Source of the DNA: Flavobacteriales bacterium
Lineage (GTDB): Bacteria; Bacteroidota; Bacteroidia; Flavobacteriales_F; PHOS-HE28
Direction of reading: 5' to 3'
Length of the DNA: 64,000 bases
Assembly (NCBI GenBank): GCA_039931265.1
Contig: JBDTSG010000147.1
Span: 85,451 to 149,450, forward strand
The number at the start of each line of letters is the position of its first letter. Position 1 is the first letter of the stretch. Positions 1 to 9,068 of this stretch are shown one piece after another. Under the pieces are notes generated by a model. The model did no database searches, had not been told where the DNA came from, and saw nothing but the letters and a program-made list of their open reading frames with translations. The translations under genes and the position numbers were made by a program.

Positions 1-623
1 TGCGTGAACCGTTCTTCAACTTGATCATGACGGCCACCAGCCACGAGCCGTTCATTGCCCCGGTCCAAAGTCCGTTCACGGGCAAACGGGAGCCCGACTT
101 GTACCGCAATACCATCCATTACACCGATCAATGGCTCGGCTGGTTCATGGAGCAGGCGAAGAGCCAGCCTTGGTATGCGAACACGTTGTTCGTGATCATG
201 CCGGACCATGGGCACTACCTGCCGAAGTACAGAGCGCAGTACGCGGCCGAGCGCCATCACATCCCGCTGCTTCTCTTGGGGCCTGCGTTGCGCGCCGATC
301 TGCATGGTACAGCGAACAACACCTTCGGTTGCCACAGCGACGTTTCCACGACCCTACTGGCACAACTCGGGCGGTTGAAAAAGCAGAACCCTTGGGGCAA
401 GAACCTGCTCGACATGTCGCGGCAACAGTTCGCTTATTGGAGCTTCGACGATGGCTTCGGTATCGCCGATAGCGATCGCACGCTTGTGTGGGACAACGTT
501 GGACAGCGCTACCTGCAACAAGTCGGCGATACCACCGCATCGACCCGCAAAGAAGAACTGCTGCTACGCGGCAAGGCGATCACGCAAGTCCTGCTCGACC
601 GTTACATCGGGTTCAACCAATAA
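1..623 (+). CDS. LTA synthase / sulfatase-family (alkaline phosphatase superfamily) protein, C-terminal part; 5' end outside window
   Basis: Frame 3 is open from the window edge to TAA at 621-623. The translated block FVIMPDHGHYLP resembles the metal-ligand DHG(H) block of sulfatase/LTA-synthase ectodomains. Confidence 0.6.
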   Translation, partial: REPFFNLIMTATSHEPFIAPVQSPFTGKREPDLYRNTIHYTDQWLGWFMEQAKSQPWYANTLFVIMPDHGHYLPKYRAQYAAERHHIPLLLLGPALRADLHGTANNTFGCHSDVSTTLLAQLGRLKKQNPWGKNLLDMSRQQFAYWSFDDGFGIADSDRTLVWDNVGQRYLQQVGDTTASTRKEELLLRGKAITQVLLDRYIGFNQ

Positions 624-637
624 GGGCCGGCCGGTCC

Positions 638-2785
638 TCACTCGATCAGGAACACGCCGTCGGGCACGCCTTTGTTCACAGCGATCTCGGTCACGGTGAA
701 GGTCATGCTCATACCCGCACTCTGCTCCACCAAATGCGGGAACTGGATGCCGCCTTCGGCACGGTAGTCCTTCAACTCGGTCGTAACGGTCTGGTTGCCT
801 TCGGCGGTTTGCTTCACCTGCACTTTGCGCAACTTGAGTCCGCTCTTCGTGCTGTAGTACTCGGTGACAAGCCCGCCGTTGTCGAGCAACAATGTCACCT
901 TGTAGCACTCCTCGCCATCGATCTCGGCAAGACCGCTCAAGATCAACCTGCCAAGGCGTTGGTAGTTCAGTTCCGGGAATGCGGGCGCTTCCATGGCCAA
1001 CTCCTCCAGTTCCATTTCGATGAGTTCCTTCTTGCCTTCAGGCCCTGTGCTGATCCCACGCACACCATCGTACACCATCTTCTGCACCGTCATCGGTCCC
1101 GCCTTCATTTCCATGGCATACTTGTCGGGGCTCTTGTTGTAGGCGGTGGCGGTGATGGTCATGCCTTGCACGCTGGCGGTCATGACCGTGCGCAGGTTGC
1201 TCACACCCATCAACTTGCTTTTACCCCCAAGGGCAACGAAGTACGCATCGAGCACTTGCTGGGCGGTCATACCAGGTGGTGGCGGTTGCACCTTCTCCTT
1301 ATAGATGTCGCCGTTGATGTCGTACACCCCCACCGACTTCTCGAAACTGTACTGCGCCAACTTGCTGGCCACCTTTTCCTTGTCGCCCACCACGAGGATG
1401 GTGCTATGGTCAGGGGTGATGAACTGCCGTGCCGCCGCCATGACACCCATGGCGCTCACCGTATCGAGCCGCTGCAGGTAGGTGTTGTAGTGATCCGGCG
1501 GCAGGTTGTACAAGTACGTGTTCAGTGCGAAACGCGCGATCGTCCGCGGATCCTCCAGCGATCGTGCGAAGCTGCCTGCGAGGTAATTCTTCGCAAGCGA
1601 AAGCTCTTCTTTGGTCACCATGTTCTCGCGCATGCGCTCCAATTCCATAACGAATTCACCGACAGCGCTATCGGTAACGGCGGTGCGCACGCTGGCACCC
1701 GCACTGAAACTCCCCGCATAACGGTCGCTCTCCAAACTGCTGTACGCTCCGTACGTGTAGCCCTTGTCCTCGCGCAGGTTCTGCATGAGGCGTGCGTTGA
1801 AGACACCGCCACCGAGGATGGTGTTGAGCACTTGAGCATCCACTTGCATCGGATCCCATGGATGCAAGTGCAGCGGGTACACGACACGGATCAGCGACTG
1901 CGCTGCGCCTGGGCGATCAACGAACGCAACGCGACGCGACGTTGGCGCGAGCGGCAATTTCTTCTGTGTACGGATGGGCCCCAAGCCTTCCACCGTTTCC
2001 ACGCCGTCGGCACCAACGTTCCGCACCCCGTCGGTGTTCGGAGCCCACATCTTGAAGTACTTCTCCCCCGCTTGGCGGGCTTCTTCCTGCGTAATGTCGC
2101 CAACGAAAACCAGGTAACTGTTCGCCGGTATGAAGAAACGACCGTAGTAAGCGGCCACCTGCTTACGCGTGATCGCAGCAACGCTCTTCTCCGTTGCCAC
2201 TTCGCCATAAGGATGCCCTTTGCTGAAAGTGAGCGCGCGACCGACTTGATCGGCAATACCATCGGGATCGTCCTTGCGGCTCTGCATGGCGCTGAGCATG
2301 CGCGTCTTCGCCTTGTCGAATTCATCAGCCGGGAAGCTCGCGCTGCTCACCACCTCGTACACCAGGTCCATGAGCGGCGAGAAGTTCTTCTTGAGCCCAC
2401 TAGCGAACAACCCGTCCGCAGTAGCGCTCAGTTGCGCGCCCAATGCGTCCACACGCTCATCGATCTGTGCCTTGGTGCTGCGGCGTGTGCCACTGGTGAG
2501 CAACTCGCCCACGAGATCAGTGTAACCGACGGCCTCACCTTGCAGGAAGGGCTCGATATCGAAACGCATCTGCACGCTGATCGTGGGCAGTTTGTGGTTC
2601 TCCACCACGATCACGCGCATACCGTTATCGAGGACGAACGACGTGTGCTCGCCTACCCGCACCTGCGGCGCGGGGCCGGGCTCTGGCGCTTTTGAACGAT
2701 CGATCTGTGCGGTGGTGATCACGGGCATGAGCAGGAGCATTGTCAGTCCGGCCGCGGTAGCGGAAAGGGGCAATGTGCGGACCAT
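638..2785 (-). CDS. M16 (pitrilysin/insulinase) family peptidase, non-catalytic-type subunit (no HxxEH seen)
   Basis: 715-aa ORF with a signal peptide (LTMLLLMPVITTAQ) and a two-domain M16-like layout. Its ATG (2783-2785) overlaps the TGA of the upstream M16 gene (ATGA coupling). Confidence 0.8.
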   Translation of the reverse strand: MVRTLPLSATAAGLTMLLLMPVITTAQIDRSKAPEPGPAPQVRVGEHTSFVLDNGMRVIVVENHKLPTISVQMRFDIEPFLQGEAVGYTDLVGELLTSGTRRSTKAQIDERVDALGAQLSATADGLFASGLKKNFSPLMDLVYEVVSSASFPADEFDKAKTRMLSAMQSRKDDPDGIADQVGRALTFSKGHPYGEVATEKSVAAITRKQVAAYYGRFFIPANSYLVFVGDITQEEARQAGEKYFKMWAPNTDGVRNVGADGVETVEGLGPIRTQKKLPLAPTSRRVAFVDRPGAAQSLIRVVYPLHLHPWDPMQVDAQVLNTILGGGVFNARLMQNLREDKGYTYGAYSSLESDRYAGSFSAGASVRTAVTDSAVGEFVMELERMRENMVTKEELSLAKNYLAGSFARSLEDPRTIARFALNTYLYNLPPDHYNTYLQRLDTVSAMGVMAAARQFITPDHSTILVVGDKEKVASKLAQYSFEKSVGVYDINGDIYKEKVQPPPPGMTAQQVLDAYFVALGGKSKLMGVSNLRTVMTASVQGMTITATAYNKSPDKYAMEMKAGPMTVQKMVYDGVRGISTGPEGKKELIEMELEELAMEAPAFPELNYQRLGRLILSGLAEIDGEECYKVTLLLDNGGLVTEYYSTKSGLKLRKVQVKQTAEGNQTVTTELKDYRAEGGIQFPHLVEQSAGMSMTFTVTEIAVNKGVPDGVFLIE

Positions 2786-4104
2786 CAGTTCTGGGAAGTA
2801 TTGGGCACGTAGTAGAGCACTACGCGGTTGCTGGGAATGAAATACTGCTTGGCCACCCGTTGGATATCGGCAGGGGTAACGGCGAGATAGCGGTCCAGTT
2901 CACTGTTCACGGTCTTCGTGTCGCCGGCGAACGTGTAAGCATTGGCCAGGTTCTCGGCTACTCCCGTAATGCGGCTGTTCCCTTGAACGAATTCGGTTTC
3001 CAGTTGCACTTTCAACTTGGCCAGCTCTGTATCGCTGATCGGTTCTTTGCCCGCCCGCTCGAACTCGGCGTTCATGCTCTTTTCCAAGCTGTCCGGCTGC
3101 ACGCCCACGGCCGCTATGGCGAAGGCGATGGCCAAGCCCGGATGTTCGAAGGGCAAACTGAAGGAACCCACTACGAGCGCCTTCTCCTCTTCATCCTTCA
3201 ATCGCTTCTGCAAACGCGATGAGTTACCGTTGCTCAGCAAACGGTTCAACATGTCCACCGCATAGAAATCGTCCGTGTTCAGCGCAGGGATACGGTATGC
3301 CTGCACGACGGCCGGCAGTTGGATATTGTCCTTCACCACATCGCGCACTTCGCCGTTCATCTCCGGCTCTTTCGCTTTCACCGTTGGCACATCGTTGCCC
3401 TTCGGGATGCCCCCGAAATACTTCTTCACCAATTCCTTGGCGGCGTCCTTCTTGATGTCGCCGGCAACCACGAGCACCGCGTTGTTCGGTATGTAGTAGG
3501 TCTTGTAGAAGGCACGATAATCCGCTTCGCTCGCCGCGTTCAGGTCTTCCATGAAGCCGATGGTGGGCCACTGGTAGGGATGCACGGTGTAAGCGCGTTT
3601 CAGCACTTCGATGAGGATGCTGCCGTAGGGTTGGTTCTCGTAGCGTTGGCGGCGCTCCTCCTTCACCACTTCGCGTTGCGTATCCACGCCTTTCTGATCC
3701 ACCTTGGCGTGCAGCATACGTTCGCTCTCCAGCCACAAGCCCAATTCCAATTGGTTGCTGGGCAGCACTTCGTAGTAGTACGTGCGGTCGCCGTTGGTAT
3801 TGGCGTTCAGCACGCCACCGGCCTTCTCCACGTATTTGCTGAATTCGCCGCGTTCGATGTTCGCGGACCCCTCGAACAACAAGTGCTCGAAGAAGTGCGC
3901 GAAGCCACGGCGGTTGGCTTCCTCGTTCTTGCTGCCCACGTGGTACATCACGCTCACGCTCACGATCGGTGTGCTGTGGTCCTCGTGCAGGATCACGTGC
4001 AACCCGTTATCGATGTCGAACTCGGTGTACTCGATGGGCTTCATCTGCGCTGAGGCTGAAACGGCCAGTGCCGCCGCCAAGGGCGCCATGCTTGCTCTGT
4101 TCAT
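2785..4104 (-). CDS. M16 family zinc peptidase, catalytic-type subunit
   Basis: HxxEH inverted zincin motif (FAHFFEHLLFEG). I chose the start at MNRASMAPLAAALAVSASAQ (ATG 4102-4104), which gives a signal peptide; the 48 upstream codons of the track ORF look non-coding. Confidence 0.85.
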   Translation of the reverse strand: MNRASMAPLAAALAVSASAQMKPIEYTEFDIDNGLHVILHEDHSTPIVSVSVMYHVGSKNEEANRRGFAHFFEHLLFEGSANIERGEFSKYVEKAGGVLNANTNGDRTYYYEVLPSNQLELGLWLESERMLHAKVDQKGVDTQREVVKEERRQRYENQPYGSILIEVLKRAYTVHPYQWPTIGFMEDLNAASEADYRAFYKTYYIPNNAVLVVAGDIKKDAAKELVKKYFGGIPKGNDVPTVKAKEPEMNGEVRDVVKDNIQLPAVVQAYRIPALNTDDFYAVDMLNRLLSNGNSSRLQKRLKDEEEKALVVGSFSLPFEHPGLAIAFAIAAVGVQPDSLEKSMNAEFERAGKEPISDTELAKLKVQLETEFVQGNSRITGVAENLANAYTFAGDTKTVNSELDRYLAVTPADIQRVAKQYFIPSNRVVLYYVPNTSQN

Positions 4105-4208
4105 ATCGTCGGTTCCTTTCAAAGGGCCGCTAATGTAGCCTTGTAGCGCCTTCCGCCACCGCCGCATCGCCGAGGTACGCGCAGCTACTTTTGGCCGGTC
4201 GCAACACC

Positions 4209-5321
4209 ATGGAAACCGCCTCGGCGAGCACCCTGCCCAATGCTGCACTGCGCAAGGCTGTCAGGTTGCGGGCATACCTGTATCTCTTCACGCTGGTGGG
4301 ACCCGTCTTCGGGTTGATCGGTTTGCTGGGCCACGGCTTTTGGTGCTGGCTCTTCCCTTTCTATGGTTTCGTGTTCGTGCCCATCGCCGATCTGATCTCC
4401 GGACCGGAGCACGGCCGCTTCAGCCGGGAGGAGGAAGCCGTTGCGTTGAACGAACCCTTGTTCGACTGGATCGTGTATGCCATCGTCCCCATGCAATGGG
4501 CGCTGCTCATCCTCTTCTTCTTCACCGTGGGTGAGCCGGGGCTTACCTATGGGGAGATAGCAGGCCGCATTGCCACCATGGGCTTGCTGTGCGGCGTGTA
4601 CGGCATCAACGTGGCGCACGAGCTGGGGCACCGCAGCAAGCGTTGGGAGCGCGACCTGTCGCGCAGCCTGCTGCTCACTTCCTTGTACATGCATTTCATC
4701 ATCGAGCACAATCGTGGGCACCACCGGCGGGTGGCCACCCGGCAGGATCCCGCCAGCGGCAGGCGCGGCGAAGCCATCTATGCCTTCTGGGTGCGCACCG
4801 TGGTGTTCAGTTGGCTCAGTGCGTCGCAGCTGGAAAAGGAACGTTTGGCAAAGGCCGGAAGGAAAGTCTGGAGCACCGACAACGAAATGCTGCGCTTCAT
4901 GTTCCTGCAAACCGTCTTGTGCGCAGTCGTGTTCTTGGCGTTCGGATGGTTCACGCTCGTGGCGTTCCTCGTCGCTGCGGCCATCGGTGTGCTGCTTTTG
5001 GAAACAGTGAACTACATCGAGCACTATGGGTTGCAGCGCGTACCCCGTGCCGATGGCACCTTCGGCCGCGTTCACCACATCCACTCTTGGAACAGCGATC
5101 ATCCGGTGGGCCGCCTCATGCTCTTCGAACTCACGCGCCACAGCGACCACCACTACAAAGCCAGTAAGAAGTACCAAACACTTGAGGGCTTGGAGGAAGG
5201 TGCGCAGCTGCCAACGGGGTATCCGGGCATGATGATCCTTAGCCTGGTGCCGCCCCTGTGGTTCGGCGTTATGCACGCGCGTTTGGATGCCTTGAAGCGT
5301 ACCAACCCCGAACTGGCTTGA
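4209..5321 (+). CDS. alkB: Integral-membrane alkane 1-monooxygenase / fatty-acid-desaturase-family di-iron hydroxylase (AlkB-like)
   Basis: Three histidine boxes typical of AlkB (HELGHR, EHNRGHH, HSDHH) and N-terminal TM helices. The track start at 4191 is TTG; the first ATG is at 4209. Confidence 0.75.
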   Translation: METASASTLPNAALRKAVRLRAYLYLFTLVGPVFGLIGLLGHGFWCWLFPFYGFVFVPIADLISGPEHGRFSREEEAVALNEPLFDWIVYAIVPMQWALLILFFFTVGEPGLTYGEIAGRIATMGLLCGVYGINVAHELGHRSKRWERDLSRSLLLTSLYMHFIIEHNRGHHRRVATRQDPASGRRGEAIYAFWVRTVVFSWLSASQLEKERLAKAGRKVWSTDNEMLRFMFLQTVLCAVVFLAFGWFTLVAFLVAAAIGVLLLETVNYIEHYGLQRVPRADGTFGRVHHIHSWNSDHPVGRLMLFELTRHSDHHYKASKKYQTLEGLEEGAQLPTGYPGMMILSLVPPLWFGVMHARLDALKRTNPELA

Positions 5322-5323
5322 AC

Positions 5324-5620
5324 ATGGCCCAAGGCTGGATCAGCACTACCGAACAGTTGCCTGCCGACGGCGAGCGCGTGCTCTGCTGGTTGCCAAAGAA
5401 CACGATCCACTTGCCCGGCTTGGCAGGCAGCGAGGAGCGCAACGCCGTGATCATGAAGTTCGCGCACGACCACTTCCTGAAGAACCCCACCAAAACCGGA
5501 TACACCGGCAGCCCGCATTTCTGGTTGGGCGAGGGTGGCAGCAACAAGTTCTTCGGCGATGTGACGCATTGGATGGCGTTACCACCTCACCCCCGGCCCC
5601 TCTCCCAAGGAAAGGGGTGA
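5324..5620 (+). CDS. DUF551-like small protein
   Basis: MAQGWISTTEQLPADGERVLCWL...VTHWMALPPHP matches the W-x-x-x-x-x-LP ... THWMPLP pattern I associate with DUF551. The ATG lies 2 nt after the alkB stop. Confidence 0.5.
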   Translation: MAQGWISTTEQLPADGERVLCWLPKNTIHLPGLAGSEERNAVIMKFAHDHFLKNPTKTGYTGSPHFWLGEGGSNKFFGDVTHWMALPPHPRPLSQGKG

Positions 5621-5623
5621 AAT

Positions 5624-5659
5624 GCAGAAAACCCCGACGCTGGCGCCGGGGTTTTCTGC
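5624..5659. terminator. Bidirectional stem-loop between convergent units
   Basis: Perfect 13-bp inverted repeat gcagaaaaccccg (5624-5636) / cggggttttctgc (5647-5659) with a 10-nt loop. It lies directly after the DUF551 stop and downstream of the minus-strand FKBP unit. Confidence 0.6.
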
Positions 5660-5675
5660 AGAATGCTCTGGACCG

Positions 5676-5804
5676 CTACTCGACTTTCACAGCTTGCTCG
5701 GTTACACGCGTGCCATCCAAGTTGAGCGCAAGCAAGTAAAGGCCCGCTGCCATACCCTCGGTGTTCCACACCATGTTGTGCTTTCGTAGACGATCCAATA
5801 CGAT
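5676..5804 (-). pseudogene. Orphan T9SS C-terminal sorting-domain-like remnant (about 42 codons)
   Basis: Minus-strand translation MIVLDRLRKHNMVWNTEGMAAGLYLLALNLDGTRVTEQAVKVE* has the D-x-x-G-R ... AG-x-Y-x-L ... K-V tail pattern seen at the C-termini of the two full T9SS cargo genes in this window. No cargo domain lies upstream. Confidence 0.35.
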
Positions 5805-6529
5805 CATTTCTTCACTATCTCCACCAGTTCCAACTCGAACAGCAGGGTGCTGTACGGTGGGATCTCAGGGCCGGGGCTTTGCGCACCGTAAGCCAGATTG
5901 CTGGGTACGTAAACCTTGTAGCGCGAGCCCACGGGCATGATCTGGAAGATCTCCATGAAACCCGGTATCCATTGCTGCACCGGCAGCTGCGTGGGCTGTC
6001 CGCGCTTGTAGCTGCTTTCGAACTCCACACCATCGATGGTGGTGCCTTTGTAGTGCGCTTTGATCTCGTCGGTGAGCAAGGGCTTCGGTCCTTCGCCTTG
6101 TTGCAGGATCTCGTACTGCAAGCCGGTGCTGGTGGTGATCACCCCGGGTCGTTTGCCGTTCTCGGCAAGAAATGCTTCACCGGCCTTGATGTTCGCCTCG
6201 CCCTTCACCTGTTCGGCGGCCATCACCTTCTTCTGCATTTCGATCATGTACGCCTGTACCATGGTGTTCACCTTCTCGCTGCTCATGATCATGGTGCTGT
6301 CCAGCGCGTCGCGCAGGCCGGCAGCCAGCGCAGCATTGTTGAGCGAGTCCATGCCACTGCGCACGAAGTTGGCTTTCAGGTTTTCGCCCACTTGCGTACC
6401 GATGCCATAACTCACGGAATCGAGTGGGGTCTTGAGAGGGGTCTTGCCTCCTTTCTGGCCGGTAACGTCGTTGGAGCAGGCGCTGAGAATGGTTGCGGCC
6501 AAAGTGGCTGCGAGAATGCGGAAAGTCAT
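5804..6529 (-). CDS. FKBP-type peptidyl-prolyl cis-trans isomerase (Mip/FklB-like lipoprotein)
   Basis: C-terminal FKBP domain (YKGTTIDGVEFESSYKRGQPTQLPV...IPGFMEI...LFELELVEI). The start at MTFRILAATLAATILSAC gives a lipoprotein signal. Confidence 0.85.
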   Translation of the reverse strand: MTFRILAATLAATILSACSNDVTGQKGGKTPLKTPLDSVSYGIGTQVGENLKANFVRSGMDSLNNAALAAGLRDALDSTMIMSSEKVNTMVQAYMIEMQKKVMAAEQVKGEANIKAGEAFLAENGKRPGVITTSTGLQYEILQQGEGPKPLLTDEIKAHYKGTTIDGVEFESSYKRGQPTQLPVQQWIPGFMEIFQIMPVGSRYKVYVPSNLAYGAQSPGPEIPPYSTLLFELELVEIVKK

Positions 6530-6610
6530 GCGTTCGGTTTTGGGACGGCGAATGTATAGCTGCTGAACTACTGCCGGATCGTTCACGTGCTTCGGTCAAT
6601 GCATGAGCCC

Positions 6611-7423
6611 TCAGGCCTCCAGTGCTTCCTTCAACTTCCTGTGGTAGTCGGCGTACCGCGCCAAGTCGCTGTGGTGGCCTTTGGGGAAGGTGACCAGCTC
6701 GCGGTGTACGTTGGTGGGCACCAGCGCGTAGAGCTTCAACGCGCTGGCATAGGGTACCACGGTATCGCGTTGCCCGTGGAAGATCAACACCGGACACGTC
6801 ACACGGGGGATCGCCCTGTCGCTGCGGAACGGATAACGCAGCAGCAAGCGGTAAGGCAAAAGTGCGCTGTAGCTGCGCGCCACATCGATGAGGTTGGCGA
6901 ACGGCGATTCCAGTACCAGCGCGCGCGGTGTGTTCGCAGCGGCGAGGGGAACGGCAAGCCCGCTGCCCAACGATCGGCCATAGATCACGATGCGTTCCTG
7001 CGGCCAATGCTGCATGAGGTGCTTGTACCACGCCAGCGCATCGGCGTGCAGTGCTGCTTCGCTGAGGCGTCCACGGCTCTTGCCATAGCCACGCGGATCG
7101 GGCATCAGCACGCTCCAGCCCAACTGCGTGAAACGCGGGGCACGCCTTCCCCACCGGCGCACGCTCCCTGCATTGCCATGGAAGTACAAGACCACTCCTT
7201 TCGGTTCCGGAGCGGCGAACAGCAGTGCGTGCAACTTGGCGCCGTCGTCGTTCGCAATGAAGCGTTCCTCGTGGGGCGGGTGCCCGCGTTTGAACCGGAA
7301 CTGGAAGCGCTGTGGCAACCGGAAGCGGATGAAGATCATGCGCTCCTGCATTACCCAATAGAACAAGCACACCAGCGCGTACACCGCCACTAGCGCTCCT
7401 ATGAGGTAACCGATGATGATCAT
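6611..7423 (-). CDS. Alpha/beta hydrolase
   Basis: GxSxG nucleophile elbow (YGRSLGSG), HGNAG oxyanion region, and an N-terminal TM anchor MIIIGYLIGALVAVYALV. The track ORF's 149 upstream codons look non-coding. Confidence 0.8.
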   Translation of the reverse strand: MIIIGYLIGALVAVYALVCLFYWVMQERMIFIRFRLPQRFQFRFKRGHPPHEERFIANDDGAKLHALLFAAPEPKGVVLYFHGNAGSVRRWGRRAPRFTQLGWSVLMPDPRGYGKSRGRLSEAALHADALAWYKHLMQHWPQERIVIYGRSLGSGLAVPLAAANTPRALVLESPFANLIDVARSYSALLPYRLLLRYPFRSDRAIPRVTCPVLIFHGQRDTVVPYASALKLYALVPTNVHRELVTFPKGHHSDLARYADYHRKLKEALEA

Positions 7424-7537
7424 GCCGGCCGCGTGTTCAACCCCTGCACATACGTGCAGCCCGGGTTGATACGATCGCACCGCGCGAAAGTACCGGCCCC
7501 TCTTGCGGAAGTCGCGGCGCGGCCATCTTTGGGCGCA

Positions 7538-8152
7538 ATGCGGCGCACCTTCCTGCTTCCGACCATGCTCACGCTGGTGATGGGATCCTGTGCACATGCG
7601 CAGGTCGTGAAGAAGAAGAACCTGCTCATCTCGCTCGGAGGCGGAGCCTCGTATGGCACCCTGGCAAGCACGCGAGCCGCCTACAGCGCAAAGGATGCTT
7701 GGGGAGGCAACATCACTTTCGGTTTCGCTTACGCCTTCAACGCGAACTGGGGGCTGGGCATCCGCTACGATCGCCTTGGGTACACTTCCTCCTACGATAC
7801 GTTGGCACAGGCGCGCGCATCGCTCGTGCACTTGCACGGCACATACCGTCCGTGGCAAACGGATGTGCACGCGCTGGAGATCGAAACGGGTATCGGCGCT
7901 TCGCTCATATCCATGCGTGGGCGCTACGAACGGATACCTGCCGAGGCCAGCGCTTACGCACTGAATGTGAGCGTGCGCTATTTGCGGACGCTACGGGGCA
8001 GCATCGTTGCGTTCTTGGCCTTGCGGGGCAGCACCGTGGGCACTGCTGCGCTGCATCGGGGCGAAGAGGAGATCACCACTGCTGAAGGAAGGGCTGCGGA
8101 GATCGGAGGGCGCGCGTGCTGGTTCAACGCCGGGCTCGCGGTGCGGTGGTAA
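7538..8152 (+). CDS. Outer-membrane beta-barrel-like protein (hypothetical)
   Basis: Signal peptide MRRTFLLPTMLTLVMGSCAHAQ, alternating aromatic/glycine beta-strand pattern, and a C-terminal aromatic residue (AVRW). Confidence 0.5.
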   Translation: MRRTFLLPTMLTLVMGSCAHAQVVKKKNLLISLGGGASYGTLASTRAAYSAKDAWGGNITFGFAYAFNANWGLGIRYDRLGYTSSYDTLAQARASLVHLHGTYRPWQTDVHALEIETGIGASLISMRGRYERIPAEASAYALNVSVRYLRTLRGSIVAFLALRGSTVGTAALHRGEEEITTAEGRAAEIGGRACWFNAGLAVRW

Positions 8153-8930
8153 CCGGCCGCTTGTCGCGGATGAAGGTCCATTCGCTTTCCGTGCTCATCT
8201 CCGCCGAGTAGCGGTAGCCATCTTGATCATACCGCTTCAGCGCTTCCGGGTCCATGATGCGATGTTGCACGATGAACCGGCTCATGCGCCCCCGCTGCTG
8301 CCTGGCGAAGAGGAAGAACACTCTGTAACCGCCGGGGCTCTTGTCCTTGAAGACGGGCGTGATCACGCGGGCTTTCAACTTCGCGAAGCGCACCGCCTTC
8401 GCGTACTCCTGAGAGGCCAGGTCGATCAGTACATTATCGCCGTTCTGTTCCATGGCGCGGCCCAACGCCTCGGTGATGGTATCGCCCCAAAAGGCATACA
8501 GGTCCTTCTTACCCGCCTTCGGGGTGAAACCACAACCCATTTCCAATCGGTACGCCTGCATCAGGTCCAACGGGCGCAATACGCCGTACAGTCCGCTGAG
8601 GATCCGCAAATGCCGCTGTGCGAATTGCATATCCCCGGCACTGAGGCTCTTGGTATCGAGGCCCCGGTACACTTCACCATTGAAGGCCAGGATTGCAGGT
8701 TTACTGTTCTGCGGTGTGAAGGGCAAGGCCCATGCTTGGTTACGCTCGTGGTTCAGCTGGGCCAGCTTCGGGCTGATGTCCATGAGTTTGGCCAGCTGTG
8801 CGGGTTTCCGTGTGCGCAGCTTCGCCATGATCACTGCGCTGTCTTCGAGCAGTTCCGGTTGCGTCGCCGACTTCGCGCCAGCACCAAGCGTCATATCGAG
8901 ATCCTTGGCCGGGCTTATGATGACAAGCAT
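8124..8930 (-). CDS. yaaA: Peroxide stress protein YaaA (UPF0246/DUF328)
   Basis: N-terminus MLVIISPAKDLD and the internal blocks MQAYRLEM and LASQEY are characteristic of YaaA. Confidence 0.85.
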   Translation of the reverse strand: MLVIISPAKDLDMTLGAGAKSATQPELLEDSAVIMAKLRTRKPAQLAKLMDISPKLAQLNHERNQAWALPFTPQNSKPAILAFNGEVYRGLDTKSLSAGDMQFAQRHLRILSGLYGVLRPLDLMQAYRLEMGCGFTPKAGKKDLYAFWGDTITEALGRAMEQNGDNVLIDLASQEYAKAVRFAKLKARVITPVFKDKSPGGYRVFFLFARQQRGRMSRFIVQHRIMDPEALKRYDQDGYRYSAEMSTESEWTFIRDKRPVTTAPRARR

Positions 8931-9068
8931 GTGCAGCGGGGTATGCGGCAAAGATGGAAGCACAACCACATCGCATGCGTTCCCCTGGATCAACACAATT
9001 TCACGTTCACCCTGTTCGCGGTTCCGCAAGCCCCCGGATACATTCGCCCTCCCTCGCCGACCGCGTTC

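Noticed and set aside
488-2695. 735-aa plus-strand ORF
   Set aside because: It lies antisense to the well-supported M16 peptidase gene (638-2785). The composition is dominated by H/R/L/A/G, as expected from reading a GC-rich gene backwards, and it has no recognisable motif.
5587-5769. 60-aa minus-strand ORF
   Set aside because: It crosses the terminator hairpin and is in a different frame from the CTD-like remnant, with no supporting features.
6177-7393. 397-aa minus-strand and 268-aa plus-strand ORFs over the FKBP and alpha/beta-hydrolase region
   Set aside because: These are out-of-frame or antisense shadows of two motif-supported genes, with Arg/Pro/Gly-rich nonsense composition.
8007-9068. 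N-terminal 354 codons of the 660-aa ORF that ends as gldA
   Set aside because: This part is antisense to yaaA and has no ABC features. The ABC protein starts cleanly at MDIRISNLS (9069).
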